The notes under the pieces were generated by a model that saw only the letters and a program-made list of their open reading frames with translations, did no database searches and was not told where the DNA came from. A program made the position numbers and the translations under genes. Positions 53,588 to 63,010 of a stretch of DNA of 64,000 nucleotides are shown one piece after another. Origin of the DNA: Polyangiales bacterium (GTDB taxonomy: Bacteria > Myxococcota_A > Polyangia > Polyangiales > JADJQN01); NCBI GenBank assembly GCA_964202905.1, contig CAXNJO010000002.1, positions 384,001 through 448,000 on the forward strand. Reading direction: 5' to 3'. The stretch's first letter is position 1. Every line of letters starts with the position of its first letter.

Positions 53588-53956
53588 ATGAGCGACGCGT
53601 TCGACGCGGCCGACGCGCTCGACTGCCTCGCGTGCGGCGCGTGCTGCCGCACCGGCCACGACGGCCGCATCCTCGTGCCCGCCGAGGACCTCGTCCGCTG
53701 GCGCGCGCTCGGCCGCGCGGACCTCGCGGCGCAGGTGCAGCCGGGACACTTCGGCGAGGTCGGCTTCGCGACGCGCGCGGACGGCGCGTGCGTGCACCTC
53801 GGCGTGCCGGGCGCGCAGAACGCCTGCGCGATCTACGCGATCCGGGGCACGACCTGCCGCGAGTTCGAGCGCGGCTCGTGGCAGTGCCACGAATTCCGCC
53901 GCGATCGCGCGCTGGTCCGGCCCGCGGGGCCCGCGGAAGGCGCTCCCGAGACATGA
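53588..53956 (+). CDS. YkgJ-family CxxCxxCC cysteine-cluster protein
   Basis: CLACGACC, C.HL, C.IY..R...CR.F. Confidence 0.85.
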   Translation: MSDAFDAADALDCLACGACCRTGHDGRILVPAEDLVRWRALGRADLAAQVQPGHFGEVGFATRADGACVHLGVPGAQNACAIYAIRGTTCREFERGSWQCHEFRRDRALVRPAGPAEGAPET

Positions 53957-53984
53957 AGCTCGAGCCCTTGGAGGCGACGTTTTC

Positions 53985-54830
53985 ATGACTCGTTCGACCT
54001 TGCCTGCTCCGGAAGGCGGCGACCCCGCCGGGCCGCTGCCGGCCGGGACCGAGGACGAGGACGCCGACGCGGGCTTTCTCCTCGTGGTGCCGCCACGCGT
54101 GGAGCTCGCGCTGCTGCCCGGGTTGTTCGCGCTCTGCTGGGCGTTCGCGTCGACGACGTTCGGCGAGATCCTCTCCTTCCTCCCGCGGCTGCAGTTCCAC
54201 GAGCTCGGCCATGCCCTCGCGGCGTGGTGGACGGGCCGTCGTGCGCTGCCGCTCCCAATCGGGTTCACGGCGTGGAGCGAGGAGCGCTCGACGCTGCTCG
54301 TGGGGATGCAGGTGCTCTTCCTCGCGCTGCTCGCGCTCCACGGCGTGCGCGAGCGGAAGCCGCTGCCCGTCGCGATCGCCACCGCGCTCGGTGTGGCGCT
54401 CGGCATCGGCCTCACGACGCCGCTCGCCGTCTCGGAGGGGTGGGTCATCGCGGCCGGACAGGTCGGCGAGACGCTGCTGCCCGGCGTCTTCGTCGCGGCG
54501 TTCCACCTGCGACTGCCGCGCCGGATCCGCTGGGACTTCTGGCGCTGGCTCGTCGTGCTCGTCGCGCTCTTCGCGCTCGCCTCGGCGGTCCGCACGGGCT
54601 GGCAGATCGCGGCCGGTGAGCGCCCGCTGCCGTGGGGCGCGCTGCTCGGCAACGAGAGCGACGGCGACCTGAATCGGCTCGTCGCCGAGCATGGCTGGAC
54701 GGAACCGGGTCTGCGCCGGATGTTCGGCGTGCTGCCGGGCCTCGCGCTCGCCATCGCGTTCGGCGCGCACTTCGCCGTCGGCGGGCTGCGCGTCTGGCGC
54801 GAGCGCGCGCCGCAGCCCGACGACACTTGA
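53985..54830 (+). CDS. Membrane protein with HExxH motif (M50-like peptidase)
   Basis: FHELGHALAAW within multiple TM segments. Confidence 0.6.
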   Translation: MTRSTLPAPEGGDPAGPLPAGTEDEDADAGFLLVVPPRVELALLPGLFALCWAFASTTFGEILSFLPRLQFHELGHALAAWWTGRRALPLPIGFTAWSEERSTLLVGMQVLFLALLALHGVRERKPLPVAIATALGVALGIGLTTPLAVSEGWVIAAGQVGETLLPGVFVAAFHLRLPRRIRWDFWRWLVVLVALFALASAVRTGWQIAAGERPLPWGALLGNESDGDLNRLVAEHGWTEPGLRRMFGVLPGLALAIAFGAHFAVGGLRVWRERAPQPDDT

Positions 54831-54871
54831 CGATTGAAGCGGCTTCGTGCTGGAATCCTGACCCTTTAGTC

Positions 54872-55915
54872 ATGCCCAAGACACGCCGCCCCTCCCCACC
54901 CGCAGCGCCCTCCAAGGCGGAGATCGCCGCCGCCGACATCGACGATCTGCCGGACTTTCGGGGCGTGACGATCGACCGCATGTACTCCTTCTTGCAGGTC
55001 CACGCGGCGGAGGGCTTCGCGAAGGCCGCCCGCCGAGACCCCATCCGGCAGAGCCAGCTCAGCCGACAGGTCCGCGAGCTCGAGCAGGCGCTCGACGCCG
55101 AGCTCTTCGGCCGCCGCGGCCGCGGCATCGAGACGACGCCCGCGGGCATCCTGCTCGCGGCGACCATCCGCGACTTCGTCAACGGGCTCGCGCGCGTGCG
55201 CACCGCGCAGCGTCTGCCCATCCACCTCGCGGCGGGCGGCAGCGTGCTGCGCTGGCTGTTGCTGCCTGCGCTGCCCATGCCGGTGCATCCGGGCGACGAC
55301 CCGTTTCCCCCGGTCAGGGCGGAGCCCGGCGACTCCGGCTCCATCCGCGAAGGGCTCGAGGACGGCAGCCTCGACCTCGGCGTCCTCCGCGCGGCGGAGG
55401 TGACGGCTCCGCTCGCCGGCACGCCCCTCGGCGACGTCGAGTACGCGTGGTTCTGCGCGCGGAGCCGCGTCCCGATCGCCCCCGAAGCCACCCCCGCCGC
55501 GCTCGGCGCCGCCGCGCCGCTCGTCGACATCTATGGCGAGCCGGAACTCAAGGCGATGTTCCGCGAGCTCGGAGCGCCCGTGATGCGCGTCGAGTCGTTC
55601 CGCGAGGCGGCCGAGCTCATCCGTGCGGGGCAGTGCGCCGGGCTGCTGCCGCTCTTCGCGGCGCAGGAGCTGACCGAGGCGGAGTTCCACATCATCCGTC
55701 CGAAGGCCTTCGCGAGGTACGCCTCGCGGCTCATGCTCGCGCATCGACGGCACCCGGCGGCGCCGGACCCCGAGCTCCTGCGTCTGCAGAACTACCTGCG
55801 CGACGCCCTCCGGGACGCCCTCGTCCGGGCCCGGGACGCAGGACGGTCCCCGACCGACGCGAGCGAGGGCGAACCCCGCCCGAAGTCACGCGGGAGCGCG
55901 CGCAAGGGGCGCTGA
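54872..55915 (+). CDS. LysR-family transcriptional regulator
   Basis: F..V...GF.KAA....QSQLSRQVRELE..L..ELF.R.GRG...TPAG HTH; LDLGV substrate-domain motif. Confidence 0.85.
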   Translation: MPKTRRPSPPAAPSKAEIAAADIDDLPDFRGVTIDRMYSFLQVHAAEGFAKAARRDPIRQSQLSRQVRELEQALDAELFGRRGRGIETTPAGILLAATIRDFVNGLARVRTAQRLPIHLAAGGSVLRWLLLPALPMPVHPGDDPFPPVRAEPGDSGSIREGLEDGSLDLGVLRAAEVTAPLAGTPLGDVEYAWFCARSRVPIAPEATPAALGAAAPLVDIYGEPELKAMFRELGAPVMRVESFREAAELIRAGQCAGLLPLFAAQELTEAEFHIIRPKAFARYASRLMLAHRRHPAAPDPELLRLQNYLRDALRDALVRARDAGRSPTDASEGEPRPKSRGSARKGR

Positions 55916-55990
55916 AGCGGGCGGCGCGATGTGCAGGCGCCTCGCGGACCGGCGTTGCGGCGCCGCTCGGAGGCGAGGCACCCTCGCGCC

Positions 55991-56482
55991 ATGCAACCCA
56001 CGCTCGACGATCTGCGCGCGCTGCTCGAGGACGCCACCGCCGACCTGCCCGACGTGACCGTCCGCAAGGCGTTCGGCAGTTTCGGCTTCTACGCACGCGG
56101 GGTCGTGTTCGCACTCGCCTGGCGCGGTGCGCTGCGCGTCGGCGTGAAGCTGCCGGACGACGCGTCGCGCGCGGCCCTGCTCGTGGAGCCGGACACCGCA
56201 CCGTGGGCCCCGCGCGGCAAGGCGCTCGCGGGCTGGGTACTCGGCCCCGCGCGCTGGCATGACGAGCCCGACGCCCTGCGCGCGTGGGTGCGCCGTGCGT
56301 GGGAGCAGGCGACGAGCGCGCCCGTCGAGGACGCGCTCCCGTCGATGCGCGAGCGGCTGCGCGAGGTGGCGTCGGCGCGCGCGACGTCGACGAAGAAGGC
56401 CACGAAGACCGCCAGGGACACGGGATCGACGAAGCCCCCGACGCCGCCGAAGTCATCCGCGAAACGCGCTCCCCGCCGCTGA
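55991..56482 (+). CDS. TfoX/Sxy N-terminal domain protein
   Basis: V.VRKAFG.FGFY..G.VFAL, W..V, L..WV.RA; Lys-rich tail. Confidence 0.75.
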   Translation: MQPTLDDLRALLEDATADLPDVTVRKAFGSFGFYARGVVFALAWRGALRVGVKLPDDASRAALLVEPDTAPWAPRGKALAGWVLGPARWHDEPDALRAWVRRAWEQATSAPVEDALPSMRERLREVASARATSTKKATKTARDTGSTKPPTPPKSSAKRAPRR

Positions 56483-56510
56483 GCCTGCGCCCTGCGCCAA
56501 CGCGGCGGGC

Positions 56511-57815
56511 TCAGCGCGTGATGCGCGCCGCGGCGCGGCCCTGTGCGGCGGCCAGCGCCTCGGCACGGCGGAGCAGAAGTTGCGCGCGGCGCTCCCCCGC
56601 GAGACGCAGTGACTCGGCCTTCCGTGCGAGCGCGGCGTCGCGCTGCGCCGCACGACGCGCCGCGTCCGCACGGCGACGCTCGTCCGCTTCGACGCGGCGG
56701 AGCTGGTCGCGAAGGCGCGCAGCGCGACGACGCTCGGCCTCCGCCCAACGCGCCTCCTCGCCATCACCCGTCGCGTCCCGTCGCGTCGCGCTCGCGCGCA
56801 GCCCTTCGTCGCGACGCAGCGCGCCTTCGGAGGCGCGCAGCGCGGCGAGGGTGCGCCGCTCGTCGGCGGAGAGCCGCGCAGCGCGCGCCCGCTCGCGCTC
56901 GGCCTGTCGACGCAGCTCCCGCGCGAGGGCGTCCGCACGCGCTCGTTCGCGCGCCGTCTGCTGCTGCGCTTCCAGCTCGAACGCGCGCTCCGCGAGCCGC
57001 GCCTCGGCCTGCGCGCGGCGCTGCGCGGCCGCACGGAGCGCGTCGGCCGCACGCGCGGCCTCGACGGCCTCCGGGCTCGGCGTGCCCTCGTACCAGGGGC
57101 GCAGCGGCGGCCGATCGAGACAGGCCGGACGGTCACCGACCGCGCAGTAGATGCGGACGTGGAAGTGGTCGTCGTGCGCCTCGCTGCCCCGGATGGGCTC
57201 GGTCACGAGCGCCACGCGGCGCCGCACCTCCTCGGGCGCGCCGCTCTGCGCGCCGTACGCGAGCAGCCGCGCGCGCAGATGCGAGGCGACGAGGATGTGC
57301 TGCACCTCGGCCGCGAGGTCGTCGACCAGCGCGACGAAGAGCGCCCAGTTGCGCGCGTCGTCGAAGCGCAGCGTCTCGTCACCCCGTCGCGCCTCGCCCC
57401 GCGCGTCGAACGTCGTCAGCACGGCCTGCGACACGGGCTCGCCCGCGGTGTCGAGCGCGAAGTAGCCCACGTCGGCGTCGCGCCCCGACTGATGCGAGCC
57501 GTGCGGCGGGAGCAGCCCGCCGTGCTCGGCCGAGAGCTCGCCGACCGCGAGCACCGAGCCCGGCGCATCGCGGCCCATCGCGTCCGCCGCGCGCTCGAGC
57601 AGCCCCACGAGCTCGCGCGTCCCGAAACGGTTCGTCCGCAGCGCCACGAGCCCGTCGCGCGACTCGAGCGCGAAGGCGTGCTCCAGCCGTCCGGCCTCGG
57701 TGTGCCCGATCGACTGGCTGTCCGCCTCGAGCTCCGCGCCCGGCACCGGAGGATCCTGTGCACCGGCGCTCGAACCATCTCCCAGGATGGCGAACGCACA
57801 CACCCACGCGAGCAT
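56511..57815 (-). CDS. Penicillin-insensitive murein endopeptidase (MepA-like) with C-terminal coiled coil
   Basis: SIG...AGRL, GELS...GG, HGSHQSGRDAD, HDDHFHVRI.C; R/A/E-rich helical tail; start 57815 or 57866. Confidence 0.85.
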   Translation of the reverse strand: MLAWVCAFAILGDGSSAGAQDPPVPGAELEADSQSIGHTEAGRLEHAFALESRDGLVALRTNRFGTRELVGLLERAADAMGRDAPGSVLAVGELSAEHGGLLPPHGSHQSGRDADVGYFALDTAGEPVSQAVLTTFDARGEARRGDETLRFDDARNWALFVALVDDLAAEVQHILVASHLRARLLAYGAQSGAPEEVRRRVALVTEPIRGSEAHDDHFHVRIYCAVGDRPACLDRPPLRPWYEGTPSPEAVEAARAADALRAAAQRRAQAEARLAERAFELEAQQQTARERARADALARELRRQAERERARAARLSADERRTLAALRASEGALRRDEGLRASATRRDATGDGEEARWAEAERRRAARLRDQLRRVEADERRRADAARRAAQRDAALARKAESLRLAGERRAQLLLRRAEALAAAQGRAAARITR

Positions 57816-57908
57816 GCCGGCGCAGCCTCGGGTGCGTCGCGTCGTTCCGGCGTGCGCGGCGAGCATCACGGGTCCGCAGCGTAGCGCGCCGCTGTGTATG
57901 CTCCCGCG

Positions 57909-58946
57909 ATGCGTCACACATCGCGAAACGACGAAGCGCGCGGGCCGCGACGCAGGCCGCGCCGGGTCGTGCGTGCGTGCGCCGCATGGCCCGGAGCGCG
58001 CGCCCTCGCCGCCTCGCTCTCGGTCACCGCAGCCCTCGCGTGCGACGACACGCCGCGCGCCGCCGTCGCGCCCGACGCCGCGCTCCCGGACGCCGCGCGA
58101 CCCGACGCGGGCGCGCGTCTCGATCCCTCGCAGTTCGACTGCACGGCCGCGACACCGCCATCCCGCGTGAGCCCGGTCGCGCTCGACTGCCCCGTCGATT
58201 CCGGCTGCACCGCCCGCATGATGAGCGCGCACCGCGGGGCCGGCTCGCCGGGCGTCCTCGCGCCGGAGAACAGCCTCGCGGCCACGCGCGCCGCCATCGC
58301 GCTCGGCGCGGATCTCGTCGAGATGGACGTGCGCTTCACGGCCGACGACGTCGCGGTGCTCCTGCACGACGCGGACGTCGATCGCACGACGGACGGCACG
58401 GGGCCCGTCGCCGCGCTCACGCTCGGCGCGCTGCAGGCGCTCCGCCTCGACGCCGCGGACTTTCGGGGCGATTTCAAATGCGAGCGCGTGCCGACGCTCG
58501 CCGAGGAGCTCGCGCTCACCGCCGGGCGCATCGTCGCCATCCTCGACATGACCAAGACCGATCGGCTCGAGGAGGTCGTCGACGTCGTCGTCGCGGCGGG
58601 CGCGCTCGATCGCGTCGTGTTCGACCACGACGACCTCGCGGCCCTCGACCGCATCGTCGCGCATGCCCCCGACGCACACGTGCTGCTGCGCGCCACCACG
58701 ACGGAGTCGCTGACGGCGGGCCTCGACCACCTCGCTTCCCACCCGCCCGTGTACGTGCACGTCGAGTCCGCCGATCCCGCGCGGCTCGCCCCTTCCGCGC
58801 GCGGCCTGCGCCTCTTCGCGCTCGGCTTCGCGCAGGATCTCGGCGCGCGTCGCAGCGGGGCCGCTTACGAGGCGCTCTATGCGTCGGGCGCGACGCTGAT
58901 CCAGACGAACCGCCCCGATCTGCTCGGCGCCTTCCTCGGCCGCTGA
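57909..58946 (+). CDS. Glycerophosphodiester phosphodiesterase-family lipoprotein
   Basis: AHRG...PENSL.A, VEMDV..T.D...VLLHD..VDRTT, VPTL.E, IQTNRP; lipobox-like ALAC. Confidence 0.9.
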   Translation: MRHTSRNDEARGPRRRPRRVVRACAAWPGARALAASLSVTAALACDDTPRAAVAPDAALPDAARPDAGARLDPSQFDCTAATPPSRVSPVALDCPVDSGCTARMMSAHRGAGSPGVLAPENSLAATRAAIALGADLVEMDVRFTADDVAVLLHDADVDRTTDGTGPVAALTLGALQALRLDAADFRGDFKCERVPTLAEELALTAGRIVAILDMTKTDRLEEVVDVVVAAGALDRVVFDHDDLAALDRIVAHAPDAHVLLRATTTESLTAGLDHLASHPPVYVHVESADPARLAPSARGLRLFALGFAQDLGARRSGAAYEALYASGATLIQTNRPDLLGAFLGR

Positions 58947-59009
58947 GCGCACCGCGGCATCGGCGGCGCGCACCTTGACGCGCGGCCCGTCCACGATGTA
59001 ACGCCCCGC

Positions 59010-60911
59010 ATGTCCGTCGACCCCCGCGCGCTCGCGGCGACCCTGCGCCACGGGGGAGCCGGCCTCGACGAGTCCGACGCGACCCTCTGGAGCGAGACGA
59101 TCCACGCGCCACCGGCCGCGGTCGACGGCGCCGCGCTCCCGCGGATCGTGATCGATCGGGCCGATGCGAACGCCGTCACGCGCGAGTCGACCCACGGGGC
59201 CGATCTCGCCCTGCGCGCGGTGCTCGGTCGCGGTGGAATGGGCGAGGTGTGGCTCGCCGAGCAGCGCTCCCTCGCCCGCAGCGTCGCGGTGAAGCTGCCG
59301 CTCGGCGCCGGAGATCGGCACGCCCACGCGCTCCTCGCGGAGGCGCGCGTCACGGGCAACCTCGATCACCCGAACATCGTGCCCGTCCACGCGCTCGGTC
59401 TCGCAGACGACGGGCGCCCCGTCCTCGTGATGAAGCGCGTCGTCGGGGCCACGCTGCAGGCGCTCGCCGCCGACGCTGCGCACCCCGCCTGGCCGGAGCT
59501 GCTCGCACGCCACGGCGATCGCGAGACGGCCCTCGTCGAGACGCTCGCGCGGGCCGCGGACGCGCTCGCCTTCGCCCACGCGCGCGGCATCGTGCACCGC
59601 GATCTCAAGCCGGAGAACGTCATGGTCGGCGCGTTCGGCGAGGTCTACGTGATGGACTGGGGCTGCGCGGTCGCGATGGACGCGCGCCGCGCCGCGCCGC
59701 ACGCGCTCGCGGGCACGCCCGCCTTCATGGCGCCCGAGATGATCGACGCGACGCGCGGGCCGCTCGACGCGCGCACCGACGTCTACCTCCTCGGCGCCAC
59801 GCTCCACGGTGCGCTCACGGGGAAGCCGCGCCACGAGGGCGTGACGTTGGCAGACGTCTTCGCGGAGGCGCTCGCGTCGCGCCCCGTGCACTACGGCGAC
59901 GACGTCTCCGCGGGCCTCGCGGCCGTGTGCAACCGCGCCACGCACGCCGTTCCAACGGCGCGCTTCGCGTCAGCCACGGAGTTCCGCGCGGCGCTCGGTC
60001 ACGCGCTGCGCCTCCGCGCGATGACGGCCCTGCTCGACCGCATCGCCGCGCGCGCCGGGCTCGCGGACGACGTGGTGCCCGTCGCCGATGCGGCACGCCT
60101 CGAGACGCTCGAGGAGGCGCGACACGCGCTCGCGCCGCTCGTCGCCGAGTGGCCCGATCAGCCGCAGCCGCGGGCGCTGCTCGACCGCGTTCTGCGCGCG
60201 CTGGTGCGCGTCGCCCTCGCGCAGCGATTGCTTCCGATCGCCGAGGAGGCGCTCGCGGCCTCGTCGTCGCCCGACCCGCGTCTCGTCGCGGAGCTCGCGC
60301 GACTCCGCGACGCGCACGAACGCGCACGGCAGCTCGCGGCGCTCGGTGAAGAGACGCTGAAGGGGCGCGACGTGCGCCCCGGCTTCCGCGGCATCCTGGG
60401 GCTCGTCGCGTTCATGGCGCTCAACGCCGTGCTCCTCGTCGTCAGCATCTCGGGCGGCGAGGAGCCGACGATGCGCGAGGTGCTGCTCTCGGACCTCGTC
60501 GCGCTCGCCGTGATGGGCGCGGCCACGTTCGCGTTCCGTCGCTCGCTGCTCGCCAACGCGCGCAGCCGCAAGGTCACGTCCGCGATCTGGCTCACCGTGC
60601 TGGGCATGACCGTCTGCGACGGCCTGTGTGCCTTCGTCGGGCTTTCCGCGCGACAGGCGGCGCCCTTCTCGCTGCTCTCCGGGGCGACGGCCTTCGCGGC
60701 GCTCACGGTCCTGCTCGCCATGCCCGCGCGCGCGCGCCTCGCGACGGGCTCGTGCGGCGCGCTGCTCTGTGCGGAGGCGTTCTGGAGCGCGGCGCACCCG
60801 GGGCTGGCGACGCACCTGATCTCGCTGTCCGTCGCGCAGACCGCGCTGACCGCCGGCTACCTCGTCTACGACATGGCCCGCGAGGGTCGCGACGCCGCGC
60901 CCCGGACGTGA
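59010..60911 (+). CDS. Ser/Thr protein kinase with multi-TM C-terminal sensor region
   Basis: LGRGGMGEV, VAVK, HRDLKPEN, MDWG, GTPAFMAPE; about 6 TM helices at the C-terminus. Confidence 0.92.
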   Translation: MSVDPRALAATLRHGGAGLDESDATLWSETIHAPPAAVDGAALPRIVIDRADANAVTRESTHGADLALRAVLGRGGMGEVWLAEQRSLARSVAVKLPLGAGDRHAHALLAEARVTGNLDHPNIVPVHALGLADDGRPVLVMKRVVGATLQALAADAAHPAWPELLARHGDRETALVETLARAADALAFAHARGIVHRDLKPENVMVGAFGEVYVMDWGCAVAMDARRAAPHALAGTPAFMAPEMIDATRGPLDARTDVYLLGATLHGALTGKPRHEGVTLADVFAEALASRPVHYGDDVSAGLAAVCNRATHAVPTARFASATEFRAALGHALRLRAMTALLDRIAARAGLADDVVPVADAARLETLEEARHALAPLVAEWPDQPQPRALLDRVLRALVRVALAQRLLPIAEEALAASSSPDPRLVAELARLRDAHERARQLAALGEETLKGRDVRPGFRGILGLVAFMALNAVLLVVSISGGEEPTMREVLLSDLVALAVMGAATFAFRRSLLANARSRKVTSAIWLTVLGMTVCDGLCAFVGLSARQAAPFSLLSGATAFAALTVLLAMPARARLATGSCGALLCAEAFWSAAHPGLATHLISLSVAQTALTAGYLVYDMAREGRDAAPRT

Positions 60912-60978
60912 CACGGGTCCGGGCGCGCCGCGACGCGGCACCGCACGACCCCGTGAAGCGCGCCGGAGCGCGCGAAGT

Positions 60979-61971
60979 TCAGGGCAGCGCGATCCGCGTC
61001 ACGCCGCCCGGGAACGTGAAGTAGATGCTGGAGCCCGACCCGGTGATGACGAGCGGGCAGCCGAGCGCCGGATCGAAGGCGACCGGCTCGGCCGTGCCGC
61101 CCGCGATCGGCAGGCGGACGATCCCGCAGGTACCATCCTCGAGGATGGGGGTGCGCACGTAGACGTGTTCCCCGTGGAGCACGAGCGACGAACTGTAGCC
61201 GATCTCCTCCGTCGTCGCGGCGCCGAGCATGACGGGTGCCCCGCCCGCGAGCGGCGCCTTCATGACCTTCGGCGGGAAGTCGCCCTCGGTGAACCAGAAG
61301 ACTCCGTCATCGCTGACGGCGAGGCCGAGGCCGGGCACGTTCTGCTCGACCGCGACCGTGCGGACATCCGTGCCGTCGACGTTCGCGGAGCGCACGCGAT
61401 TGTCGCCGGAGGCGTTCCAGTAGACGCGGCCGCCGCGCAGCACGAGGGCCGCCGGATAGGCGTCCCCCTCGGCGATGCTCTCCGGCGTGCCGCCCGCGCG
61501 GGGCACGCGACGCACCGCGCCGGGCGACGCGCTCACCGTGTAGTAGACGTGCGTCGCGTCGACGACGAGCCCCGGGCCCACCGTCCTGTCGACGGTCACG
61601 AGCGCCACGGGCGCCGCGCTGCCATCCCCGGGCAGGCGCAGGACCTGCGCCGCCGTCGCGACGAAGACGTCGTCACCATCGACCGCGATGGCACCGGGAA
61701 GTTCGAGCCCCGCACCGCGATCACCGCCGGCGCGCCGCCGCCGAGCGTGGATGCGCACGACGCGGCCGTTCGGCGCTTCGGCCGAGATCGCGAACACGGC
61801 GTCATCGCCCACGGTGATCGCCCACGGCGCGATGTCGAGCCGCGTCCCATCGAGGATCAACTCCGCGTCGACGCCGCCCGGCGCGACGGGATCCCCGGCG
61901 CTGCATCCCGCAACCCCGATCATCCCCGCCAGCCCGAAGAACCCCGCCCACGTCTTCGCCCCGTGTCGCAT
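60979..61971 (-). CDS. Beta-propeller repeat lipoprotein
   Basis: Lipobox VAGC; repeated IAVD...VY(W/F)T......V.R.P..GG motifs; short off-frame patch near 61715-61750. Confidence 0.7.
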   Translation of the reverse strand: MRHGAKTWAGFFGLAGMIGVAGCSAGDPVAPGGVDAELILDGTRLDIAPWAITVGDDAVFAISAEAPNGRVVRIHARRRRAGGDRGAGLELPGAIAVDGDDVFVATAAQVLRLPGDGSAAPVALVTVDRTVGPGLVVDATHVYYTVSASPGAVRRVPRAGGTPESIAEGDAYPAALVLRGGRVYWNASGDNRVRSANVDGTDVRTVAVEQNVPGLGLAVSDDGVFWFTEGDFPPKVMKAPLAGGAPVMLGAATTEEIGYSSSLVLHGEHVYVRTPILEDGTCGIVRLPIAGGTAEPVAFDPALGCPLVITGSGSSIYFTFPGGVTRIALP

Positions 61972-62247
61972 CGCTCGCCTCCCGTCCCGCATCGAACCAA
62001 GCGCTCGCGCGCCTCGAGGGCGCAGCACGGTGGTCGCCTTGACGCAGCAACGACGTTGCCACGACTCGCGGGCGTTCAACAAGGCACACCCGCCCGCATG
62101 TCCCGGCATGTCCAGCGTGCGAGCGTCCCGCGCGCACCCGCACGCCGTGCAGCGCCACCCGCAGACCGTGCCGGACCGCGCCGTCGAGGAAGCCCCCGAC
62201 GCCGTCGGTCTCGACGCTGTTCTCGCTCTGCTGCACGCTCGGCCGCG

Positions 62248-62980
62248 ATGCGTCCCGAGTCTGCGCCCCTGCGCGTGCACACCTTCAGCCCCGGCTGGGG
62301 CCTGCCGACGGTCGGACCCTTCGGCCTGAAGCTGCTCGCGTGTCTGTCCATCCTCGGCGTGCCCTACGAGCTCGTGCACGAGGACGACGCGCGCAAGGGG
62401 CCGAAGCGCAAGAGCCCCTGGGTGATCGACGACGACATGCGGCTCGGCGACACGGAGCTGATCCTCCGCCACCTCGAGGCGACGCGCGGTGTGCGCCTCG
62501 ACCGCGACCTCGATCCCGCGCTCACGGCGAAGGGCCACGCGATCCGGCGGCTGCTCGAAGAGCACTTCCACCAGGTCTTCGAGCACGAGCTCGTCGTGCG
62601 CGACGACGGATTCGCCGGGCGACGCGCGATCTTCGCGCAGCGGATGCCCCCCCTGCAGCTCGCGATCGGCGGCCCGCTCATTCGCCGGTCGATGCGACGC
62701 CATCTCTTCGAGCGCGGCCTCGGTCGGCACTCCCCCGCGGAGATCGAGTCGCTCGGGCGCGCGGACGTCGACGCGCTCGTCGCGCTCCTCGGTGATCGGA
62801 CCGTACTTCCTCGGCGACGCGCCTACGAAGACCGACGCGAGCGCCTTCGGGCTCCTCGCCGTCACGCTCCGCAGCGGCCTGCCCGGGCCGGTGGCGTCGT
62901 ACGCCCGCGCGCAGCCCTCGCTCGCCGCGTTCGTCGATCGCGCGCAGGCGCGCTTCTTCCCGTCTTCCGCGACGACTTGA
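62248..62980 (+). pseudogene. Glutathione S-transferase-like (metaxin/FAX-like) protein with +1 frameshift
   Basis: GPF.LKL, GPK.K.PW, GD.ELI..HL; an extra base near 62800 (GAT CGG A CCG TAC TTC) separates LGDR from PYFLGD.PT..DA..FG; possibly a sequencing error. Confidence 0.75.
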
Positions 62981-63010
62981 CGCATCGCGTCAAGAAGCCC
63001 CCGCTCGGCG

